From contig OZ024741.1 of the NCBI GenBank assembly GCA_964016885.1, positions 244,962,001 through 245,026,000 on the forward strand: a stretch of DNA of 64,000 nucleotides, in the 5' to 3' direction. Position 1 is the first letter of the stretch. Every line of letters begins with the position of its first letter. The position numbers and the translations under genes were made by a program. The notes beneath the pieces were generated by a model. That model did not search any database, had not been told where the DNA came from, and saw nothing but the letters and a program-made list of their open reading frames with translations. Shown one piece after another: positions 54,901-64,000 of the stretch. This DNA comes from Eledone cirrhosa. Taxonomy: Eukaryota.

Positions 54901-56290
54901 GGACTTTGTTGACGTTTAACACGGTTTGGTTCCACAGCCACAACTATTGATTTTACGGAGATATCTTGCTGAAATTCACGCCACACATAGCCAATGAGTA
55001 TCTGCACATGTACCAGTAATTACAGATCGATCCGACCGCGGGCGGCCGGCCCGCGATTAAAAAGGTAAATCCGCCGGCTAATCGTCATTTTTGGATTCGT
55101 TTTCTTCGAAGCACACCATTCGCCGGCGGACTTTGTTGACGTTTAACACCGTTTGGTTCCACAGCCACAACTATTGATTTTACGGAGATATCTTGCTGAA
55201 ATTCACGCCACACATAGCCAATGAGTGTCTGCACATGTACCAGTAATTACAGATCGATCCGACCACGGGCGGCCGGCCCGCGATTGAAAAGGTAAATCCG
55301 CCGGCTAATCGTCATTTTTGGATTCGTTTTCTTCGAAGCACACCATTCGCCGGCGGACTTTGTTGACGTTTAACACGGTTTGGTTCCACAGCCACAACTA
55401 TTGATTTTACGGAGATATCTTGCTGAAATTCACGCCACACATAGCCAATGAGTATCTGCACATGTACCAGTAATTACAGATCGATCCGACCGCGGGCGGC
55501 CGGCCCGCGATTGAAAAGGTAAATCCGCCGGCTAATCGTCATTTTTGGATTCGTTTTCTTCGAAGCACACCATTCGCCGGCGGACTTTGTTGACGTTTAA
55601 CACGGTTTGGTTCCACAGCCACAACTATTGATTTTACGGAGATATCTTGCTGAAATTCACGACACACATAGCCAATGTGAGTCTGCACATGTACCAGTAA
55701 TTACAGATCGATCCGACCACGGGCGGCCGGCCCGCGATTGAAAAGGTAAATCCGCCGGCTAATCGTCATTTTTGGATTCGTTTTCTTCGAAGCACACCAT
55801 TCGCCGGCGGACTTTGTTGACATTTAACACGGTTTGGTTCCACAGCCACAACTATTGATTTTACGGAGATATCTTGCTGAAATTCACGCCACACATAGCC
55901 AATGAGTGTCTGCACATGTACCAGTAATTACAGATCGATCCGACCACGGGCGGCCGGCCCGCGATTGAAAAGGTAAATCCGCCGGCTAATCGTCATTTTT
56001 GGATTCGTTTTCTTCGAAGCACACCATTCGCCGGCGGACTTTGTTGACGTTTAACACGGTTTGGTTCCACAGCCACAACTATTGATTTTACGGAGATATC
56101 TTGCTGAAATTCACGCCACACATAGCCAATGAGTATCTGCACATGTACCAGTAATTACAGATCGATCCGACCGCGGGCGGCCGGCCCGCGATTAAAAAGG
56201 TAAATCCGCCGGCTAATTGTCATTTTTGGATTCGTTTTCTTCGAAGCACACCATTCGCCGGCGGACTTTGTTGACGTTTAACACGGTTTG
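51978..56290. repeat. Long-range paralogue of block 36321-40406
   Basis: It has the same ordered rare markers (C147T, A142, G222C, GGTG+C154, A155). The offset is 15657 bp (36921 vs 52578), then 15884 bp after one extra N monomer at 53567. Confidence 0.85.
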
Positions 56291-59200
56291 GTTCCACAGC
56301 CACAACTATTGATTTTACGGAGATATCTTGCTGAAATTCACGCCACACATAGCCAATGAGTATCTGCACATGTACCAGTAATTACAGATCGATCCGACCG
56401 CGGGCGGCCGGCCCGCGATTGAAAAGGTAAATCCGCCGGCTAATCGTCATTTTTGGATTCGTTTTCTTCGAAGCACACCATTCGCCGGCGGACTTTGTTG
56501 ACGTTTAACACGGTTTGGTTCCACAGCCACAACTATTGATTTTACGGAGATATCTTGCTGAAATTCACGACACACATAGCCAATGTGAGTCTGCACATGT
56601 ACCAGTAATTACAGATCGATCCGACCACGGGCGGCCGGCCCGCGATTGAAAAGGTAAATCCGCCGGCTAATCGTCATTTTTGGATTCGTTTTCTTCGAAG
56701 CACACCATTCGCCGGCGGACTTTGTTGACATTTAACACGGTTTGGTTCCACAGCCACAACTATTGATTTTACGGAGATATCTTGCTGAAATTCACGCCAC
56801 ACATAGCCAATGAGTGTCTGCACATGTACCAGTAATTACAGATCGATCCGACCGCGGGCGGCCGGCCCGCGATTAAAAAGGTAAATCCGCCGGCTAATTG
56901 TCATTTTTGGATTCGTTTTCTTCGAAGCACACCATTCGCCGGCGGACTTTGTTGACGTTTAACACGGTTTGGTTCCACAGCCACAACTATTGATTTTACG
57001 GAGATATCTTGCTGAAATTCACGCCACACATAGCCAATGAGTGTCTGCACATGTACCAGTAATTACAGATCGATCCGACCACGGGCGGCCGGCCCGCGAT
57101 TGAAAAGGTAAATCCGCCGGCTAATCGTCATTTTTGGATTCGTTTTCTTCGAAGCACACCATTCGCCGGCGGACTTTGTTGACGTTTAACACGGTTTGGT
57201 TCCACAGCCACAACTATTGATTTTACGGAGATATCTTGCTGAAATTCACGCCACACATAGCCAATGAGTGTCTGCACATGTACCAGTAATTACAGATCGA
57301 TCCGACCGCGGGCGGCCGGCCCGCGATTAAAAAGGTAAAACCGCCGGCTAATTGTCATTTTTGGATTCGTTTTCTTCGAAGCACACCATTCGCCGGCGGA
57401 CTTTGTTGACGTTTAACACGGTTTGGTTCCACAGCCACAACTATTGATTTTACGGAGATATCTTGCTGAAATTCACGACACACATAGCCAATGTGAGTCT
57501 GCACATGTACCAGTAATTACAGATCGATCCGACCGCGGGCGGCCGGCCCGCGATTAAAAAGGTAAATCCGCCGGCTAATCGTCATTTTTGGATTCGTTTT
57601 CTTCGAAGCACACCATTCGCCGGCGGACTTTGTTGACGTTTAACACCGTTTGGTTCCACAGCCACAACTATTGATTTTACGGAGATATCTTGCTGAAATT
57701 CACGCCACACATAGCCAATGAGTGTCTGCACATGTACCAGTAATTACAGATCGATCCGACCACGGGCGGCCGGCCCGCGATTGAAAAGGTAAATCCGCCG
57801 GCTAATCGTCATTTTTGGATTCGTTTTCTTCGAAGCACACCATTCGCCGGCGGACTTTGTTGACGTTTAACACGGTTTGGTTCCACAGCCACAACTATTG
57901 ATTTTACGGAGATATCTTGCTGAAATTCACGCCACACATAGCCAATGAGTATCTGCACATGTACCAGTAATTACAGATCGATCCGACCGCGGGCGGCCGG
58001 CCCGCGATTGAAAAGGTAAATCCGCCGGCTAATCGTCATTTTTGGATTCGTTTTCTTCGAAGCACACCATTCGCCGGCGGACTTTGTTGACGTTTAACAC
58101 GGTTTGGTTCCACAGCCACAACTATTGATTTTACGGAGATATCTTGCTGAAATTCACGACACACATAGCCAATGTGAGTCTGCACATGTACCAGTAATTA
58201 CAGATCGATCCGACCACGGGCGGCCGGCCCGCGATTGAAAAGGTAAATCCGCCGGCTAATCGTCATTTTTGGATTCGTTTTCTTCGAAGCACACCATTCG
58301 CCGGCGGACTTTGTTGACATTTAACACGGTTTGGTTCCACAGCCACAACTATTGATTTTACGGAGATATCTTGCTGAAATTCACGCCACACATAGCCAAT
58401 GAGTGTCTGCACATGTACCAGTAATTACAGATCGATCCGACCACGGGCGGCCGGCCCGCGATTGAAAAGGTAAATCCGCCGGCTAATCGTCATTTTTGGA
58501 TTCGTTTTCTTCGAAGCACACCATTCGCCGGCGGACTTTGTTGACGTTTAACACGGTTTGGTTCCACAGCCACAACTATTGATTTTACGGAGATATCTTG
58601 CTGAAATTCACGCCACACATAGCCAATGAGTATCTGCACATGTACCAGTAATTACAGATCGATCCGACCGCGGGCGGCCGGCCCGCGATTAAAAAGGTAA
58701 ATCCGCCGGCTAATTGTCATTTTTGGATTCGTTTTCTTCGAAGCACACCATTCGCCGGCGGACTTTGTTGACGTTTAACACGGTTTGGTTCCACAGCCAC
58801 AACTATTGATTTTACGGAGATATCTTGCTGAAATTCACGCCACACATAGCCAATGAGTATCTGCACATGTACCAGTAATTACAGATCGATCCGACCGCGG
58901 GCGGCCGGCCCGCGATTGAAAAGGTAAATCCGCCGGCTAATCGTCATTTTTGGATTCGTTTTCTTCGAAGCACACCATTCGCCGGCGGACTTTGTTGACG
59001 TTTAACACGGTTTGGTTCCACAGCCACAACTATTGATTTTACGGAGATATCTTGCTGAAATTCACGACACACATAGCCAATGTGAGTCTGCACATGTACC
59101 AGTAATTACAGATCGATCCGACCACGGGCGGCCGGCCCGCGATTGAAAAGGTAAATCCGCCGGCTAATCGTCATTTTTGGATTCGTTTTCTTCGAAGCAC

Positions 59201-62200
59201 ACCATTCGCCGGCGGACTTTGTTGACATTTAACACGGTTTGGTTCCACAGCCACAACTATTGATTTTACGGAGATATCTTGCTGAAATTCACGCCACACA
59301 TAGCCAATGAGTGTCTGCACATGTACCAGTAATTACAGATCGATCCGACCACGGGCGGCCGGCCCGCGATTGAAAAGGTAAATCCGCCGGCTAATCGTCA
59401 TTTTTGGATTCGTTTTCTTCGAAGCACACCATTCGCCGGCGGACTTTGTTGACGTTTAACACGGTTTGGTTCCACAGCCACAACTATTGATTTTACGGAG
59501 ATATCTTGCTGAAATTCACGCCACACATAGCCAATGAGTGTCTGCACATGTACCAGTAATTACAGATCGATCCGACCGCGGGCGGCCGGCCCGCGATTAA
59601 AAAGGTAAAACCGCCGGCTAATTGTCATTTTTGGATTCGTTTTCTTCGAAGCACACCATTCGCCGGCGGACTTTGTTGACGTTTAACACGGTTTGGTTCC
59701 ACAGCCACAACTATTGATTTTACGGAGATATCTTGCTGAAATTCACGACACACATAGCCAATGTGAGTCTGCACATGTACCAGTAATTACAGATCGATCC
59801 GACCGCGGGCGGCCGGCCCGCGATTAAAAAGGTAAATCCGCCGGCTAATCGTCATTTTTGGATTCGTTTTCTTCGAAGCACACCATTCGCCGGCGGACTT
59901 TGTTGACATTTAACACGGTTTGGTTCCACAGCCACAACTATTGATTTTACGGAGATATCTTGCTGAAATTCACGCCACACATAGCCAATGAGTGTCTGCA
60001 CATGTACCAGTAATTACAGATCGATCCGACCACGGGCGGCCGGCCCGCGATTGAAAAGGTAAATCCGCCGGCTAATCGTCATTTTTGGATTCGTTTTCTT
60101 CGAAGCACACCATTCGCCGGCGGACTTTGTTGACGTTTAACACGGTTTGGTTCCACAGCCACAACTATTGATTTTACGGAGATATCTTGCTGAAATTCAC
60201 GACACACATAGCCAATGTGAGTCTGCACATGTACCAGTAATTACAGATCGATCCGACCACGGGCGGCCGGCCCGCGATTGAAAAGGTAAATCCGCCGGCT
60301 AATCGTCATTTTTGGATTCGTTTTCTTCGAAGCACACCATTCGCCGGCGGACTTTGTTGACATTTAACACGGTTTGGTTCCACAGCCACAACTATTGATT
60401 TTACGGAGATATCTTGCTGAAATTCACGCCACACATAGCCAATGAGTGTCTGCACATGTACCAGTAATTACAGATCGATCCGACCACGGGCGGCCGGCCC
60501 GCGATTGAAAAGGTAAATCCGCCGGCTAATCGTCATTTTTGGATTCGTTTTCTTCGAAGCACACCATTCGCCGGCGGACTTTGTTGACGTTTAACACGGT
60601 TTGGTTCCACAGCCACAACTATTGATTTTACGGAGATATCTTGCTGAAATTCACGCCACACATAGCCAATGAGTATCTGCACATGTACCAGTAATTACAG
60701 ATCGATCCGACCGCGGGCGGCCGGCCCGCGATTAAAAAGGTAAATCCGCCGGCTAATTGTCATTTTTGGATTCGTTTTCTTCGAAGCACACCATTCGCCG
60801 GCGGACTTTGTTGACGTTTAACACGGTTTGGTTCCACAGCCACAACTATTGATTTTACGGAGATATCTTGCTGAAATTCACGCCACACATAGCCAATGAG
60901 TGTCTGCACATGTACCAGTAATTACAGATCGATCCGACCACGGGCGGCCGGCCCGCGATTGAAAAGGTAAATCCGCCGGCTAATCGTCATTTTTGGATTC
61001 GTTTTCTTCGAAGCACACCAATCGCCGGCGGACTTTGTTGACGTTTAACACGGTTTGGTTCCACAGCCACAACTATTGATTTTACGGAGATATCTTGCTG
61101 AAATTCACGCCACACATAGCCAATGAGTATCTGCACATGTACCAGTAATTACAGATCGATCCGACCGCGGGCGGCCGGCCCGCGATTAAAAAGGTAAATC
61201 CGCCGGCTAATCGTCATTTTTGGATTCGTTTTCTTCGAAGCACACCATTCGCCGGCGGACTTTGTTGACATTTAACACGGTTTGGTTCCACAGCCACAAC
61301 TATTGATTTTACGGAGATATCTTGCTGAAATTCACGCCACACATAGCCAATGAGTGTCTGCACATGTACCAGTAATTACAGATCGATCCGACCACGGGCG
61401 GCCGGCCCGCGATTGAAAAGGTAAATCCGCCGGCTAATCGTCATTTTTGGATTCGTTTTCTTCGAAGCACACCATTCGCCGGCGGACTTTGTTGACGTTT
61501 AACACGGTTTGGTTCCACAGCCACAACTATTGATTTTACGGAGATATCTTGCTGAAATTCACGCCACACATAGCCAATGAGTATCTGCACATGTACCAGT
61601 AATTACAGATCGATCCGACCGCGGGCGGCCGGCCCGCGATTGAAAAGGTAAATCCGCCGGCTAATCGTCATTTTTGGATTCGTTTTCTTCGAAGCACACC
61701 ATTCGCCGGCGGACTTTGTTGACGTTTAACACGGTTTGGTTCCACAGCCACAACTATTGATTTTACGGAGATATCTTGCTGAAATTCACGACACACATAG
61801 CCAATGTGAGTCTGCACATGTACCAGTAATTACAGATCGATCCGACCACGGGCGGCCGGCCCGCGATTGAAAAGGTAAATCCGCCGGCTAATCGTCATTT
61901 TTGGATTCGTTTTCTTCGAAGCACACCATTCGCCGGCGGACTTTGTTGACATTTAACACGGTTTGGTTCCACAGCCACAACTATTGATTTTACGGAGATA
62001 TCTTGCTGAAATTCACGCCACACATAGCCAATGAGTATCTGCACATGTACCAGTAATTACAGATCGATCCGACCGCGGGCGGCCGGCCCGCGATTAAAAA
62101 GGTAAATCCGCCGGCTAATCGTCATTTTTGGATTCGTTTTCTTCGAAGCACACCATTCGCCGGCGGACTTTGTTGACATTTAACACGGTTTGGTTCCACA

Positions 62201-64000
62201 GCCACAACTATTGATTTTACGGAGATATCTTGCTGAAATTCACGCCACACATAGCCAATGAGTGTCTGCACATGTACCAGTAATTACAGATCGATCCGAC
62301 CACGGGCGGCCGGCCCGCGATTGAAAAGGTAAATCCGCCGGCTAATCGTCATTTTTGGATTCGTTTTCTTCGAAGCACACCATTCGCCGGCGGACTTTGT
62401 TGACGTTTAACACGGTTTGGTTCCACAGCCACAACTATTGATTTTACGGAGATATCTTGCTGAAATTCACGCCACACATAGCCAATGAGTATCTGCACAT
62501 GTACCAGTAATTACAGATCGATCCGACCGCGGGCGGCCGGCCCGCGATTGAAAAGGTAAATCCGCCGGCTAATCGTCATTTTTGGATTCGTTTTCTTCGA
62601 AGCACACCATTCGCCGGCGGACTTTGTTGACGTTTAACACGGTTTGGTTCCACAGCCACAACTATTGATTTTACGGAGATATCTTGCTGAAATTCACGAC
62701 ACACATAGCCAATGTGAGTCTGCACATGTACCAGTAATTACAGATCGATCCGACCACGGGCGGCCGGCCCGCGATTGAAAAGGTAAATCCGCCGGCTAAT
62801 CGTCATTTTTGGATTCGTTTTCTTCGAAGCACACCATTCGCCGGCGGACTTTGTTGACATTTAACACGGTTTGGTTCCACAGCCACAACTATTGATTTTA
62901 CGGAGATATCTTGCTGAAATTCACGACACACATAGCCAATGTGAGTCTGCACATGTACCAGTAATTACAGATCGATCCGACCACGGGCGGCCGGCCCGCG
63001 ATTGAAAAGGTAAATCCGCCGGCTAATCGTCATTTTTGGATTCGTTTTCTTCGAAGCACACCATTCGCCGGCGGACTTTGTTGACGTTTAACACGGTTTG
63101 GTTCCACAGCCACAACTATTGATTTTACGGAGATATCTTGCTGAAATTCACGCCACACATAGCCAATGAGTATCTGCACATGTACCAGTAATTACAGATC
63201 GATCCGACCGCGGGCGGCCGGCCCGCGATTAAAAAGGTAAAACCGCCGGCTAATTGTCATTTTTGGATTCGTTTTCTTCGAAGCACACCATTCGCCGGCG
63301 GACTTTGTTGACGTTTAACACGGTTTGGTTCCACAGCCACAACTATTGATTTTACGGAGATATCTTGCTGAAATTCACGACACACATAGCCAATGTGAGT
63401 CTGCACATGTACCAGTAATTACAGATCGATCCGACCACGGGCGGCCGGCCCGCGATTGAAAAGGTAAATCCGCCGGCTAATCGTCATTTTTGGATTCGTT
63501 TTCTTCGAAGCACACCATTCGCCGGCGGACTTTGTTGACATTTAACACGGTTTGGTTCCACAGCCACAACTATTGATTTTACGGAGATATCTTGCTGAAA
63601 TTCACGCCACACATAGCCAATGAGTATCTGCACATGTACCAGTAATTACAGATCGATCCGACCGCGGGCGGCCGGCCCGCGATTAAAAAGGTAAATCCGC
63701 CGGCTAATCGTCATTTTTGGATTCGTTTTCTTCGAAGCACACCATTCGCCGGCGGACTTTGTTGACGTTTAACACGGTTTGGTTCCACAGCCACAACTAT
63801 TGATTTTACGGAGATATCTTGCTGAAATTCACGCCACACATAGCCAATGAGTGTCTGCACATGTACCAGTAATTACAGATCGATCCGACCACGGGCGGCC
63901 GGCCCGCGATTGAAAAGGTAAATCCGCCGGCTAATCGTCATTTTTGGATTCGTTTTCTTCGAAGCACACCATTCGCCGGCGGACTTTGTTGACGTTTAAC

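Larger units (their letters stand above)
1..64000. repeat. Tandem satellite-type array, 227-bp monomer, ~282 copies, single orientation, open at both window ends
   Basis: GTTCCACAGCCACAAC recurs at 1, 228, 455, 2271, 13621, 27241, 40861 and 44493 (all 1+227k). The register shifts by 2 bp after each of three deletions (44718, 48802, 49481). The last copy starts at 63782 = 1+227*281-6. No non-repeat sequence was seen. Confidence 0.99.

Noticed and set aside
1-64000. Protein-coding repeat or ORFs
   Set aside because: 227 is not a multiple of 3. Every monomer has stops in all three + frames (e.g. m20, m42, m151) and all three - frames (e.g. m16, m48, m92). Open stretches are under about 50 codons.
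1-64000. CRISPR or other repeat-spacer array
   Set aside because: There are no unique spacers. The entire unit is repeated and only point variants differ.
1-64000. Rolling-circle or sequencing concatemer artefact of one 227-bp template
   Set aside because: Variants form linked haplotypes in nested, ordered blocks with almost no random error. Local mis-assembly of individual blocks cannot be excluded without reads.
1-64000. Monomer-type order as an information-bearing code
   Set aside because: The order is adequately explained by nested tandem duplications and single-monomer deletions. Nothing suggests a readout mechanism.

Overview
The whole 64-kb window is one uninterrupted head-to-tail tandem array of a 227-bp monomer: 281 complete copies plus 219 bp of a 282nd. 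There are no inversions, insertions, unique sequence or ORFs. Monomers start at 1+227k up to 44493, and three copies carry the same 2-bp deletion. The monomer is about 47% GC, CpG-rich (19 CpG in copy 1, hand-counted obs/exp about 1.5) and dense in inverted repeats. Copies differ at only about 18 recurrent positions. Typing each monomer by eye shows nested higher-order duplications (3-, 4-, 5-, 8-, 13/14-, 18-, ~32- and ~69-mers) and region-restricted variants. This is the architecture of a young, actively homogenising eukaryotic satellite (centromeric or heterochromatic type). I cannot name the family or organism. The most interesting speculative signal is that every monomer has an AG|GTAAA splice-donor-like site followed by an Sm-site-like ATTTTTGG, the layout of spliced-leader RNA genes. 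Positions written mNN are within the monomer and equal window coordinates in copy 1. Type letters: B = A53/TGAG(69-72)/A110/G131/A213 (b = G213). C = C53/AGTG/A110/G131/G213 (c = A213). D = C53/AGTA/G110/G131. E = C53/AGTA/G110/A131/T155. F = C53/AGTA/G110/A131/C155/A213 (f = G213). A = A53/AGTA/G110/A131/A142/T155 (A' = C53). H = A53/AGTA/G110/AG131-132. K = AGTG/G110/A131/A142/T155. P = A53/TGAG/G110/A131. L = GGTG/C154. N = AGTG/G110/G131/A155.
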